Source of the DNA: Felis catus
Lineage: Eukaryota
Direction: 5' to 3'
NCBI RefSeq assembly: GCF_018350175.1
Contig: NC_058368.1
Location: 77,006,001-77,070,000, forward strand
Length of the DNA: 64,000 bases
Notes under the pieces: model-generated
Told to the model about the DNA's origin: nothing
The model's input: only the letters and a program-made list of their open reading frames with translations
Database searches by the model: none
Made by a program: the position numbers and the translations under genes
In this document: positions 23,971 through 36,835 of the stretch, piece by piece
How the letters are laid out: every line of letters starts with the position of its first letter
How positions within the stretch are numbered: position 1 is the first letter of the stretch

Positions 23971-26803
23971 CTAATTGAATATGACTTCAACTTGAATGTA
24001 CTAAAATATACTGCCTTGCCTCTTTTCTTCAGCTTCCCCACTATACTTGTTTTTCCCCAAAGTAAATCCTGAGCAAATCTCATTTTATATGATTTATATA
24101 AGTGAAGTCTTTGCTGCCATTGAGTGAGTGCATTGAGGTGGGTTCCATCTTCTGGGACTCCCTTAGAAAGCTCCAGATCTGTCCCTATATGTCAAGTACG
24201 TTGGGAGTTCCGAAGTGCTAAGTCAAGTGACGTGTCTGCAGATCCTAGGTGGGAGACATCTGTCTGAGGAAAGGTCCTTTAGCGGTGTGTCAGAAGAGGA
24301 TGCGGGTGAGGACATGTGTGTAAGGTGAAGGGGTTTGACCTCAGGGTGCTGCACGACATATGGGGTCAGGGGTCAAGCCGATGTAGGCACAGTGCACCCC
24401 AGTCCAGGTTGGAGACATTGGGGAGCCTCTTCATCAGCCTCTTGTTCTGCAGAGTCTGGTACCCAGATCTGCAAACAGCCCTGCACTGGGATGCGGGAAC
24501 ATCGCCTCCATCAAGGATGGCCTGGAGGAAGAGCGCACTCACATAGCACGGAGAGAACTCTCTCAGGACTGAAAGATGAGAGGTGTTTATGGGGGTAAGA
24601 GAGCTGCAGTTGATAGAGGGTATATATTTTTTGAGCAAACTCTGTCCACTGCTCCCAACCCTGCCACCAACCTCGCAGTCTCCTTCTTGCCCGTCAGGAA
24701 GCACAGAAACGCGCTGGCATGCCATGGTTCTAGCAGTTTCATGGTGGAGGCTCAAAGAGGAATCCTGAGTTCTGATGGGGGTGGGCTGGGTCAGTTGACA
24801 TTTCTTGGGTTGATAGCCCAAAGCAATACTAGCCATTACCTCGGGAGAGGAAACACCTTTAAGTCGGTGTGCGCAATGTCACGAGTGTATGCGATGTCCA
24901 GAAGTACCGGTTCTGCCTTTGTTGTGATTTCATAAGGCCGGAAGTGGGTACCCCACAACAAAAAGGGAGATGGACGTAGGTGTGGAAAATGGCCGAGAGG
25001 TCGCGTTTTCTCAAAACACGTTTGGCGTGGAAAAGACACACCCCTGCATTTGCTTGCCTTACGTGTTTATGAAACAATAAGAAGGACTGAATTTGGGAAA
25101 TGCTTCAGGATAGGTCACCCCTTCCTAGTATATGTTTGCTTCGGCTTTTTTCCACGGTACGGTTTTTCATTTTCTCTATGCCCAGGTGGCTGTTGAGTTT
25201 TTTGCAGACCTGCGTAAACTGTTCGTGATATCGCTCCTTTAAAGCTGAGGCCTTGGTGTCCTCTTTCAGCCACATATCAAAAGGTAAACAAGTAGAGAAA
25301 CTTCTCCTTTGAAGATTCGACATGAGTCTGTTACTGGTTAAATTTCCCTTGCAGAAATCAAACAGGGTTTCCTGTTGCGTGTTTACCAAACTCTCTTTCC
25401 CCATAAAATACAGAATACAGTGCTGCAATTTTCCCATTTGTTAATTTTCCCCAGTGAACTCATGCCTTCCCTTTAAATATCTTCTTTCTTGTAGTCTACC
25501 TCGTTTAGCGGTAAATGCAGAGGATTACAAGCATTCTTGTTAGATATAAAACATTCCAGGAAATTTAATTTCTTTAGTCATGGATTTTCGTCGTAATGAT
25601 ACTTCGCATTTGTATAACATCTCTCTGCTCTGAGAAATTCAAACCCCTTATTCATTATCTGGAGACAAGCATTATTATTGTAATTTTGCATCCTGTGTAA
25701 CTGAGTCACCGGAAATGAACCAGAAATAAATCATACCTGGAGTGTAACTTGCAAAAGAATGTGACAGCAAGGAGAGACGATTGGAAACCGTCACAGCAGA
25801 CCACAATTCTGCTGGCTCACCCTTTAGGGAGGAGGGGGACTTGATTTGGTCTGGGGTGAGAGTAGACCACAGGGGGGATGGTGGGCGGGGTGGGGGGCAG
25901 AGACACTGAGGAATGCTTACGGTCAGTGCTGTCACAAATGCTGGATAATGCTACCGAAAAGCTTCCTCTCCCTGACCTTTCTACGATGCACCCCAGCCTG
26001 TCCGGGCAGCACGGGGCCACCCTTTCCTGGGCCTGGAAGCCTGGCTGGGCGCTGAGCCAGGGTACAGATCCTTCTCTGGGCCTGGCTCCTGGGCCATGAG
26101 AACCAGTGTGGTCCTGATCTCAGCTGGATTGCTCATGGCCCTTTGGGCCTGACAGGTCTTCTGTCAACATGCCCGGAATCTTTAGGGGTCGGAGCCTTCA
26201 CCTGCAGTGGTTTCCCTCCGATCAAACCAGTGTCCCAAAATAGATGTGATGTTTTTGACAAAAAGGAGCTAAGAAGAAGCCGTGAGGGGCAGGGTGGTCC
26301 CTTTCTTCCCCCTTGTGAGGTTGACGTGGGCCCTGAGTTTCTTAGTCTCCTGGAGGCTCCTTTCCCACTGAGGGCTTAGTGCAGGGCTCTTTGCTACATT
26401 TTGCCCCACTTACCAGGCCCAGCAATACTTGGGGTCCCCGGGATAAATACGGAATGGGTAGGAGCTGCGAAGGAGGGAGGGTCAAATGAGTCTCCTCCTC
26501 CCAACCTGGAGAGCACATCTCCCATCCCCCACTGCGGTCGGTGGAGGCTCCATATTCTGGCAGTTTCCAGTTGCTTCCATTTGTATTCCGCATTTCCATG
26601 TAGAAATCGAGGAACGGGTTCCGTTACAGCGAGGAATGCACACTAACCAACTCTTGAAATCGAAATAATCATCACAAGCAGAGAGAATGCTATCTGACCA
26701 GTAAATTATATAATTGAGGGAGTGCATGAATGAACTGGAAAGGCCAGACACTGGAGTAAGCTCCTTCATAAAAAAAAAAAAAAAAAAAAAAGGAAAGCCA
26801 AAT

Positions 26804-27028
26804 GGGGGAGCCCGGGTGGCTCAGTCAGTTGAGCATCCCACTTCTGCCCAAGTCATGGTCTCGTGGTTCCTGAGTTCAAGCCCCCCCCGTCCAGCTCTGT
26901 GCTGACAGCTCGGAGCCTAGAGCCTGCTTTGGGTTCTGTGTCTCCCTCTCTCTCTGCCCCTCCCCCGCTCATGCTCTGTCTCCTTCTCTCTCAAAAATGA
27001 ACATTAAAAATAATACTAAAAAAAAAAA
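26804..27028 (+). mobile_element. CanSINE
   Basis: gggggagcccgggtggctcagtcagttgagc...(CT)n...A tail; preceded by an A22 run. Confidence 0.94.
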
Positions 27029-28301
27029 GCAAAAGGTAACCTCCCTGGCACACTCACAAAGGGACTATTGCCACGAGGCCATAGTGGATTCATGTACCAT
27101 GAATTTAGAGCAAGTTACTGGAATTTTGAGGGGCTTTCTAATTTGGCATCCTGGCGTTTTATACAATTAGCAGTAGCATTGGCTGGGGAGGCTTTGACAA
27201 AGAAGGCAAGCAAAACAGAACCAGGAAAAGAAGAACCCGCAAATGTGTTGCCTTTTTTTTTTTTTTTTTAATTTTATTTTGGGTGTCTATCGAACATAGT
27301 ACAAGAAACTCTCATGAGAACTTCAGGAAAGGAAACATACCATGTCTGTCACTAAAGGGGAAAAAAATGTCATTGGGCCAGTGAGCATTGATTAGAACAA
27401 TAAGAACTTCCTGGTGCCAAGAGTCAGAACAAATGTGTGAAAGGGGACCAAGGGACATTACCATACTGCGCCTTTCACAGGAAAATGCTAAATAAACCAA
27501 GGGATTCATGTCAATATTTGTGTAAGGAACCACGGCTCTGTCCAAGTCTAAGGCACGCTACAAAAAAAAAAAAAATTCTTGAGAAACTTTGTACAGTATT
27601 CCAAATAACAACAAAAATAATACACTTGGAGTTGGGGGTGGCCATTCTCATGGTAATGAAATGTGTTTCAACACTGATCCCTTATTGTGGGCTTTGGGGC
27701 GACAAGTCTCTGGGGCTCTAGTCAAAGGGAGGCAGGGCCCTGGCCCCACATTGTGTCCCCCTGTGCCTTTGTGTGTGTCAGCTGGGAGATTCTCAGGTCC
27801 TCAATGGACGGGCAGGGCAGACTAAATTAGGAACGATTGCAACTTCATTTACCCACAACACAGTTTATAAACAGCAAGTTCTTACTTGCTGCACATTTTA
27901 TTTGTTAGGGTCACTGCTAGCAAAAGTCGAGCACACGGACCCACAGATAGGGCAGCTAGGCCTACAGTTGACCCAGTGGGAAGAAAATTGCAAACATCAT
28001 TGAAATGAAATCGGACGGTGCCCGCTATCAAGGAACACAGACCCCCACGTGTGTGCCCTGAACCCCCTTTTGGGGAAGTTGCTTGTATCTTTTCAGTCTT
28101 GCTGAGAGGTCCCTCCTCGCCACTACTAGCCTCCTTTAAAAATCGGCATTTGGGTTTGGAAGGAAAATTCAATTATCCACATCTTTGGTGTCAGGTTTTG
28201 AGAGGGAATCCCAGGTTTTGGGAATCCAAAAAGGAAAGGAGAGAAATCCAAAGGAAAGAAACAACAACAACAAAAAAGCTTTCTCCTTTCTCTTTAGCAA
28301 T

Positions 28302-28304
<3 letters not shown>

Positions 28305-28352
<48 letters not shown>
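28305..28352 (+). repeat. (AG)24 microsatellite
   Basis: Perfect dinucleotide run, read directly. Confidence 0.98.
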
Positions 28353-28355
<3 letters not shown>

Positions 28356-28730
28356 GGAATAAGATTCTTCTATTTTAACACTTTAGTGTATAATGGCATA
28401 TGAATAATATCATTTTTCTGCCATTTATTCAGATGTGAAGGAACTCAGTGAATAATAATAGCTCCTGTCAAAGGTATTTATATTTAAAAGGTCTTTATGT
28501 AAAAAAAAATTTTTTTTTTTTTTGTCAGGGCTGGTTTGTCTCCAAGAGAATCCCACCATCTCCTAGCAACCAACCTGACCATCTTTTTGAATAGATGCTG
28601 CATTTACAGTGGGTGCATAACCTTTATGGGGAGGCATTTGCAAATTTAGCAGTGGGGACTCATATGCATTCAAAGCAAGTTGTTAAACTGATCCCAGAGC
28701 CAGACTGGTGATAGAAGTCTCAGGGGGTGC

Positions 28731-28763
28731 CTCTCTTTCTCTCTCTCTCTCTCTTTCTCTCTC
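28731..28763 (+). repeat. (CT)n imperfect microsatellite
   Basis: Read directly. Confidence 0.9.
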
Positions 28764-29864
28764 AGCAAAACCACACACACATGATGTATACAACGTCCCC
28801 TTCCTCCACTGCCTGGGGCTCCCGTGTACTGAAAATGGAAAACGGCCCCTTCAATAGCCTGTCCACAGAACTTTTATATATTTAAGAAGAAGAAAAACAA
28901 GGAACTACAAAGGTTTTGCTTTGCAAATTACCCCACTAATGGAAAGATTATCACTCAAGAAAGAAGACGTCCAGCAGGAGCTCATTTATTAAAAAAATTT
29001 GTTTTTGAGAAAGAGTGATGGAAACCTTTGGAATTCAATCATCTCTTTTGCTACTGGGTTTTGATTATTTATAATATATTAATGTCATTTTCATTCCTTC
29101 TGAATCTTACAGTGGGGACTTACTGACTATTCGAAAAACATTGGCTAAGGCTCCTAATCTCTCTCTGAGATAAATATTGTAATAACCAAATTATACATGA
29201 CTCATCTGAGACACAAAAATTCATAGAATGAGAGGAGATAGGAACAGAAAAGGTTTCCTGTGACTTCCAGGTCTAAGAGGTGTGGAACGGCAGAAAAGAT
29301 ATTATCACTTCAATGAAAGGCAATATTTGTTTCATGTAAATATTGCACCCTCTGAGGATGATGGCTTTAAAAGAACATTTCCCTAACTGAAAATTCTTTT
29401 AAAATGCACTGGCCAGAACCAAAAAGCACAAAGCTCTGTATCGCTGGTGGAGGCTTTGGAAAGGAGCAACCCCACACTCCCGTGTCCTCGCTCCGCCCAG
29501 GGCCAAAGACTTCAGACGAGGTTGTGACATTCCCCATCCCATCATCACGACCTCCTCTTTCCTCTTCGCGCACTTTCTCCTCCTGTCTTTTCAGGTTTCT
29601 GGCTTTCTTCAGCAGCCAGGCTGGAAACACTCAGATGACCGGACAGGATTCTTGTCTTATACTGAATCGTTTTATCGTGGTTTCTGTTTATTCGCCTTCC
29701 ACGTAGCTGTGCGTTTTAAGTCTTCTCTTTCTTTGCTCCGAAAGAACCTTGTTCCCTTTATTAAAAGATTTTCAGGAATCTATCACAACAGCCCTCGCAA
29801 TTTCTGGCACGCATCGCAGCTCCAAAGGGGCTTTGTCTTTGTCTCATTGATCTTCACATGACAT

Positions 29865-29985
29865 TGGAGAGGTATAGGTTATACTTTATTGCCGCCACCA
29901 TTTTTATACCTAAGGAAACTGTGCTTTGGAGGGTTGACCTTACTCAAGCTCGTGAAACTAGTAGCAGATGGTGTACCAGATTATA
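29865..29985 (-). mobile_element. MIR fragment
   Basis: ccatttttatacctaaggaaactgtgctttggagggttgaccttactcaagctc...ctagta. Confidence 0.6.
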
Positions 29986-30084
29986 GGACGACCCTGTAGA
30001 AGTTGTTTGCTCTTGCCCCTAGATCAAAATACTTTGCAAAGAGAGGTTGGAAAGAAAGGTACTTCTGGAGGCAGACATTAGGTG

Positions 30085-30765
30085 AAAAGTTGGACAGGAT
30101 GTGAAGAGATAGGAACCTTCTCGCACACTGTTGGTGGGAATGCAAACCAGTGCAGCCGCTGTGGAGAACAGGATGGAGTTTCCTCAAAAAGTTAAAAATA
30201 CAGCTACCCTGTGGTCCAGTAACGGCACTACTCAGCATTTACCCCCAAAATGCAAAAACACTAATTCGAAGGGAGACGGGTCCCCCTGTGTTTATCGCAG
30301 TATTACTTACAGTACCCAAATTATGGAAGCGGCCAATTTATATGTAATGGAATATTACTCAGCCACAAAAAGGAATGAAATCTTGCCATTTGCAACAACA
30401 TGGATGGAGCTAGAGAGCATAATGCTAAGTGAAATAAGCCAGCCAGAGAAAGACAAATACCATATGATCTCACGTATATGTGGAATTTAAGAAACCAAGC
30501 AAACGAGCAAAGGGGGGGGCGGTGGTGGGGAAGGAGAGAGAGACAAACCAGGAAACAGACTTTTAACTATAGAGAACACACTGATGGGTCATCAGAGGGG
30601 AGGGTGGTGGGGGGATGGGGGAAGTAGGTGATGGGGATTAAGGAGGACACTTGCCGTGATGAGCACAGAGAAATGTATAGAACTGGTGAATCACTATATT
30701 GTACAAGTGAAACCATTATAATACTGCATGTGAACTGTTCTGGAGTTCAGAAAAAAGACAAAAGT
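30085..30765 (+). mobile_element. 5'-truncated carnivore L1 (ORF2 C-terminus plus 3' UTR)
   Basis: Translations carry L1 ORF2 motifs (QPLWRTGWSFLKKLKI; MEYYSATKRNEILPFATTWMELESIMLSEISQPEKDKYHM), frameshifted with an internal deletion; carnivore-type 3' UTR. Confidence 0.93.
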
Positions 30766-30957
30766 ACATGGTATATCATTGGCCTGGGTTTGTCAAGGAA
30801 CCCTGATCTAGGCCTTTGGAAGTCACCGAGAAGGCAGGGAGGAAGGACAAATCAAATGTCCCCCTTCTAGATGCTGCTTATGTGGGGACACTGACTGAGG
30901 ACCCCCTTGGGGTGGAGGAGGCTGGGAGGTCCTGGGATCTGTCCCCCTGTACCTAGA

Positions 30958-31109
30958 CCAGCCTTCTCAGCATGACCTGTAGGCTCAGAAGTGCATCATT
31001 AACCTCATTCCGGACCAGCTACGCCAGAAGTTCTGGGGACTGTTGCCCAGACATCTGTTTTCATAAGCCCTCCGGCCCACTCTTGTGCTCAAGTTTGAGC
31101 ACTCCCTGC
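30958..31109. mobile_element. MER5-like hAT-Charlie MITE
   Basis: cagccttctca...cagaagttctgggg...catctgttttcataagccctcc...aagtttgagcactccctg. Confidence 0.6.
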
Positions 31110-31475
31110 TCTCAACTCCTGCCCCCTATTACATCTGACTAGGAGGGCACCCTCATTCGCACCGTCTGAAATCTTAACCCTAAAAAAGACTCTCCCTGTC
31201 CTTAGCTCTGAGACCGCCCCGCCCCATGAGTATGTAGCTGCTCTTCCAGGAGAATATGGTTTTGCTCATACTTCAGACTGATGATCTCCTCTTCACTAAC
31301 TTCCTAAAATGCGTTTGTTTTACTCCCAAAGTCTTTTTCTCGCCAATGTGAAATTTCTAACCATGTGTCAAAATGTAACCAGTTCCCAGGTTGCTGCAAG
31401 GTGCTTCGTTTACCTTGTTGGAATAGAGGGGGAAAGAGAAAGGAGAACGGTTCTGGAATAAAAAAGAATTACATA

Positions 31476-31695
31476 GGGGCACCTGGGTGGCTCAGTCGGT
31501 TAAGTGTCCGACTTCAGCTCAGGTCATGATCTCACAGTCTGTGAGTTCAAGCCCCGCATCGGGCTCTGGGCCGATGGCTTAGAGCCTGGAGCCTGCTTCT
31601 GATTCTGTATCTCCCTCTCTCTCTGCCCCTCCCCTGTTCGTGCTCTGTCTCTCTCTGTCTCAAAAATAAATAAACGTTAAAAAAAAATTAAAAAA
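31476..31695 (+). mobile_element. CanSINE
   Basis: Full body; TSD aaaaaagaattacata. Confidence 0.96.
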
Positions 31696-32795
31696 AAAAA
31701 AGAATTACATAAAACGAATCAGAAAAGAATAAAAAAGAATTACATAAAATAAATTAGAAAGGAAAATGTTTTGAAATGTGTGTGAGATGGCGATATTGAC
31801 TCGTTCTGGGAGTGTCTCCACAGAGCTGACACAGGACACAAATAGATGGCCTGTATGAGGCTATCATAACCGCAGAGCTGACTCCAGTTGCCTTCCGGTA
31901 AATATGAGACCGTGGATCAATTCAGTTAAGAATCTAGTTGATGCAGAGAGAAAAATAGGATGGGCTGTTTGTGGTTGTTAGGTTAACCTTCCCACTCACT
32001 CGCCTAACTGCACGAGACAATCTCTCTTAATGAACTGTCTTGCAATCCTAGAAAAGATTGAAAAATTATGTCATTGTAAATGACATTATCCGCTGTCCCA
32101 GTCATGACAGTGTTTAGAAGGCGTTGTTCCGTACATCCGTGCACACACGCTCAGATGAACTGCCCTTTTGAGTAACTGTGTCACACATCTATCTATCACA
32201 TCAGTTTCCTCCCACTCGAAAGCTTTTCCATGATACATTCGCACGGGGCCAAACCAGACGGGAGAGGTGGGCTAAGGGAGAGCAACTTCACGGATCGTGC
32301 GCTCAGCGAAGATTTCCGGAGGAAAGGGTCACTCCAATAACGTTTCTGATTTCCGTCCAGACGTCCTCAACTCAGATAAAAAAAAAAACTGTGGGTGGAG
32401 GAGCAAATCTGAATACGGTTTTCTGTGTTAATCAAAAGGCATATAATTGAAGATTGAACTCGGGCTATAGCTTAATGTACTATTTCTGTGTTGTGCTATT
32501 TTAATGGCTCCATCTGGAGACAATAAAGCGACAAGACAAATAGTCTGTTGGTGAGTTTCAGGGCCTCTCTCTGATCCCCATTCATTCTCTCTCTCGTCAG
32601 GTTACCAATCCCATCCCCCGATTTTCCCCCAATTTACAGAACGTGAACAAATACATTTTTCATTTATACGTAACTGGCAGCCTGACTGAAAATAGCACAG
32701 CCACTATTAAGAACTTTTTCTTCAGTAGCTTTTCTTTTGCAGAGAAGAGGGAATAGTAACTCAACTGGGTTAGGAAGACCCAGAACTTAGTTACC

Positions 32796-33015
32796 TTTTT
32801 TTTTTTTAACGTTTATTTATTTATTTTGAGAGAGACAGCACAAGCAGGGAAGAGGCAGAGAGAGAGAGAGAGAGAGGGTGAGAGAGAATCCCAAGCAGGC
32901 TCTGTACTCTTGGTGCAGAGCCCAACGGGGGTCTTGAACCCACGAACCGTGAGATCATGACCTGAGCCGAAACCAAGAGTCACATGCTCAACCGCCTGAG
33001 CCACCCAGGCGCCCC
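32796..33015 (-). mobile_element. CanSINE
   Basis: Antisense body; TSD cagaactt(a/t)gttacc. Confidence 0.95.
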
Positions 33016-33879
33016 AGAACTTTGTTACCTTTAAATGACACTTTTAATTTACTCCTTCTCAGGGTCATGTCAACTTTATTTTTAGTTTGCAGACAAGTAT
33101 CTTTCTTTAGCTTCCTCTTGACCTCACTGCTGTCTTTTGGTTTCTTAAAATGCAGGCAGTTTTCTGGGTATTTCATGAAGGAAAGTTATATCCTGATTTT
33201 CAAATGTTCTGATACTTTAAAAAAAGGAGAAAGACTTCAAAGTACGTAAGTGGAATGCATTCATTGTGGTATTTGATCTGATTACTTATCATCATCAAGA
33301 CTATTTATAGTTTTTACTTTTCTTCATTAATGTGCTTCCCGGCAATGCAAAATTGCTAAATTCATGGTTTCAGTTCCTCAGAAGATGATTCTGGATAGGA
33401 AGAAAACTATTCTGGAATGAATTAGAATGAAAATGAGATGCTTCAACAATCCAAAGGCCGCATCAAGGGTCTCTGCCATCCTGTCATTGTGAAGTTGTTA
33501 AGTCGAACAGTCTGGAAAAGAAATTAAAAAAAAAAAAACAAAAAAACGGTGTTCTGACAGCTGGACAGAACCCTCCTTCACCATCCAACAACACCTGTGG
33601 TTTTCTAGTCCACCTCGTAGAATTCTCGGGAAGGAATCTCTGCAGCTTCTTTGTTCTCCTAATTGTCTTCCTTAGTAGATTCCTAGAAGCGGGATACGGA
33701 TGTCACGGTCCCTATCAGGATTTATCATTTTTCTAATGTAACGGAAGCTGATTCCTGTGTTATTTCTTTGTGGGTGCAGAGTAATCAAGGGCCAGAATTG
33801 TTGGTGCTACTGTAAGGATTACTTACAGGCACCTTGCCCCACACTGTCTTCCTGAGCTCAGTCAATAACTCAGTAGGAT

Positions 33880-34370
33880 CATTTGAGAATCATTCTCGAT
33901 GCTTTCTTCTCCCTCCCTATGCACTCCTAAACCACCCCCGAGTCCTCTGTACTTTTCTGGGCAGCTTTCCAATCTTTCCCCCTCATTCCCCTCCCCAGTC
34001 TCGCTGCCCTTAGCAAAAGCCATTTCAGTCCTACCTCCTTCTTGATCTCAATGGACTGGCCTGTCCTCTCGTCCTAAAACTCATCATCGGCTTCCCCTTG
34101 GATGAAGTCCAGGTCCCGGAACAGGTGTAAATGGCCCTCTACGTGTTGTTCTGACCTCATCTCTACCTACAAAACAGGACTTTGCGCCTCCCGTGGGGTC
34201 CTAGCCTCTCCTTCCACCGTAACAACCGGTCCTTGTTTTGTCCCTGCTCACTTACCTGCAGCCTGTCCAGATGCGGTCAGACACACCATGTCTTATTTGA
34301 TAGTGTGTTCTCAGCACTTGTCATCCCATCCATAGTAAATACCCCCAACCCATCTAATGATTGGTAGAAA
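33880..34370 (+). mobile_element. L2 fragment
   Basis: Pyrimidine-rich L2-like tract (tccaatctttccccctc...ggatgaagtccaggtcc...ctgacctcatctc). Confidence 0.55.
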
Positions 34371-34714
34371 GGAACGGTCATTTTAGGCTGGGAGTGACGA
34401 TGGATGGCTTCAAGAATGGTCTAGGACCTCATGCATGATACGTTTCAGCATCATCAACTAGGCTTAAATGATACTTGTTTGGATTAGTCTGATGTTTTTC
34501 CTTCGTTCCCTGATGTAACTGGTATTCTACTCTTCTTTCGTCGCTACTCATCCCGTGGGACAGCAGGCAGCGAAGATGCAGGCTGGGCATTGTTCCTGCC
34601 TCCCGAAGACAAGTCACACAAGAACGTCGTCCACACCGGAGTGAAGCATTGCTAAAGCATGAGGAAAACGGAGCTCTGCATCTCCCGCGACTAAAGCTAG
34701 GACCTCCTTTGTCT

Positions 34715-34907
34715 TTTGTAAGTTTATTTATTTATTTGGAGGGTAGGGAGGGGCAGAGAGAGAGGAAGAGAGGGGATCCCAAACACGCTCCACACTATCA
34801 GCGCAGGGCCCGATGTGGGGGTCAAACCCAGGAACTGCGAGATCATGACCTGAACTGAAATCAAGAGTTGGACGGACGCCCAACTGACTTAGCCACCCAG
34901 GAGCCCT
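34715..34907 (-). mobile_element. CanSINE
   Basis: aagtttatttatttatttg...gagatcatgacctgaactgaaatcaagagttggac...agccacccaggagccc. Confidence 0.92.
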
Positions 34908-34924
34908 GCTAGAATCTTCTTTGA

Positions 34925-36180
34925 ATTCATAATTTATGTGACTCAATAATGTTCCTTAAGTTGTACAGTACCTATCCCAGACCTGGAGGTGGTGGGATGC
35001 TGGGGGTCGGTGAGGGTTTTCCGGTGGAAGTAATGGCGAGGCTGAACTGTGGAGGAGGAGGAGCAGGGTTTGATCTACGTAGCGATCGGGTGTGGGTCAA
35101 GACAGCTGGCGTCCTAGGCAGGTGGAATGTTATGTGGGATGGGCGGTATAAGGGAAGATGTGCTCTAGAAACCAGAGGAAGTTCGTGTACAGAGTTAACA
35201 GTGACAGACGAGGACAGAGAAAACAGATGTTAGGTTACACAGGGCCGTATAAGCCACTTTAAAGAGTTTTACATGGTGTATTTGAATGACAAGGAGCGGC
35301 TGAGGGATTTTAAGCAGCAGAGGGCAAAGCCACACTTGTGTCGTAGAAAGATAATTCTGGAAAGCAGAATAGAAATGGGCAAGAAGGGAGGTTGGAAGAG
35401 CAATTAGGACACTTGTAGAATTCTGGAGAGAAGGTAGTGAGCATAAGCCCACGACTGGGTGGAGGCGAGAGTCACTTAGCAAACAGAATAGATGCGACTT
35501 GTTGATTGGTTTGTAGGCAGATGGGAAGGAATAGCAAAGAATCAAGGTACTGCCCTGGTTCCCAGCAAGGGCAGCTGAGTCGATACTTACATCCCTCACT
35601 GAGCTGTAACAAGTTCCAGACCTTGTTGATCGTAAGTGCAGGTAGGCTCTCCCAGGAGAGATGTCCATTGGGCAGTTGGCTCTATAGGCATGAAGTTTGG
35701 GAGATTCACATGAGATAGTCATTGGCAGAGAGAGAGAGTTATGAAAATTCTTGGAATGAATGGGACCAGCCAGTGTGAGTCTTAGGGTGAGAAGGGAAAA
35801 CACGTTAGGACATTTACTGGGGAGATTTTAATATTCAAAGAGCCGGCTGAAGCACACTCAGAAGGAACAGTCAGAGAGGCAGGAAGAAAGCAGAGTTGAT
35901 GGCGGGGCAAGAAAACCTTGAGAAGAGAGAGTGGCCAGCCACATCAGAGCACGACAATGGTGGCAAAGGGCAAACCAGATTTTTGTGACCATCATCTCAG
36001 CAAAGAGATCAGGTCAAAGGCAGATTTTAGGATCCTGAGGATTTTAGGATACGTGGAAGGCGAGGAAGATGACTAGACAAATATAGATCATGTTTCCAGA
36101 AAGTTCGTGTATGAGAAAAAGGAATTCGCTAGGGAAGGCGACGGTTTTGAGGCTAGGTCTTCTTAATTTTCTCCCTTTCT
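34925..36180 (-). mobile_element. Long decayed L2
   Basis: Antisense L2 motifs: gagggattttaagcagcagagg, tagaaagataattctgg, gagatgtccattgggcagttggctctatagg, agatcaggtcaaag. Confidence 0.75.
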
Positions 36181-36611
36181 TTGCGTTTCTTAAAACGAGC
36201 TGGCATGGACCCAGAAGAACAGTGGGGTTTGAAGGAACAGAATAACATGCTGATGACACTGGGGGGAGGGCAGGGCCGTGTGGGGAGGGGTCACCCTGGC
36301 GATGAGATTCAGCCTTGGTGTGGCACTAAGAGGGGTCGTCCAGACGAAGCGGTGCCTTCTCATGATTAGCTTTTCGCAGAGATGACCAAAGGTGCCTAGC
36401 AGGCTTCTGGCGAAGGGAATGGCCATTAGTAAGCGGCTGAATGAGGCGAGGTCTTGGAGGCACAGAGAGGACCAAAGTCTAGAGGGTTGGAGGACAAGGG
36501 ACTCTTAGAAGTGGGAGGCATCTTGTCCAGCCATGTTCTCTGTGAAGGAGGAGGGGGGGTCATCTACTGAGAGAATGGGTCAGGGGAGGTCTGTGGAAAA
36601 TCGAAGCTCTG

Positions 36612-36835
36612 GGGGCGCCTGGGTGGCGCAGTCGGTTAAGCGCCCGACTTCAGCCAGGTCACGATCTCGCGGTCCGTGAGTTCGAGCCCCGCGTCGGGCT
36701 CTGGGCTGATGGCTCAGAGCCTGGAGCCTGTTTCCGATTCTGTGTCTCCCTCTCTCTCTGCCCCTCCCCCGTTCATGCTTTGTCTCTCTCTGTCCCAAAA
36801 ATAAATAAACGTTGAAAAAAAAATTAAAAAAAAAA
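36612..36835 (+). mobile_element. Young felid SINE, CpGs intact
   Basis: ggggcgcctgggtggcgcagtcggttaagcg...cacgatctcgcggtccgtgagttcgagccccgcgtcgg; exact TSD aaaatcgaagctctg. Confidence 0.97.

Noticed and set aside
25105..25437. 110-aa ATG ORF on the - strand with protein-like composition
   Set aside because: No recognisable homology and no convincing splice sites; ORFs of this length arise by chance. BLASTP or PhyloCSF would settle it.
26770..26791. A22 run as the tail of a processed pseudogene
   Set aside because: No upstream AATAAA, no recognisable mRNA body and no TSD found.
30131..30490. L1 ORF2-like ORF as a functional CDS
   Set aside because: 5'-truncated, frameshifted and internally deleted relic.
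36612..36700. tRNA-like A/B boxes at SINE heads
   Set aside because: CanSINEs are tRNA-derived; there is no complete cloverleaf or independent tRNA gene.
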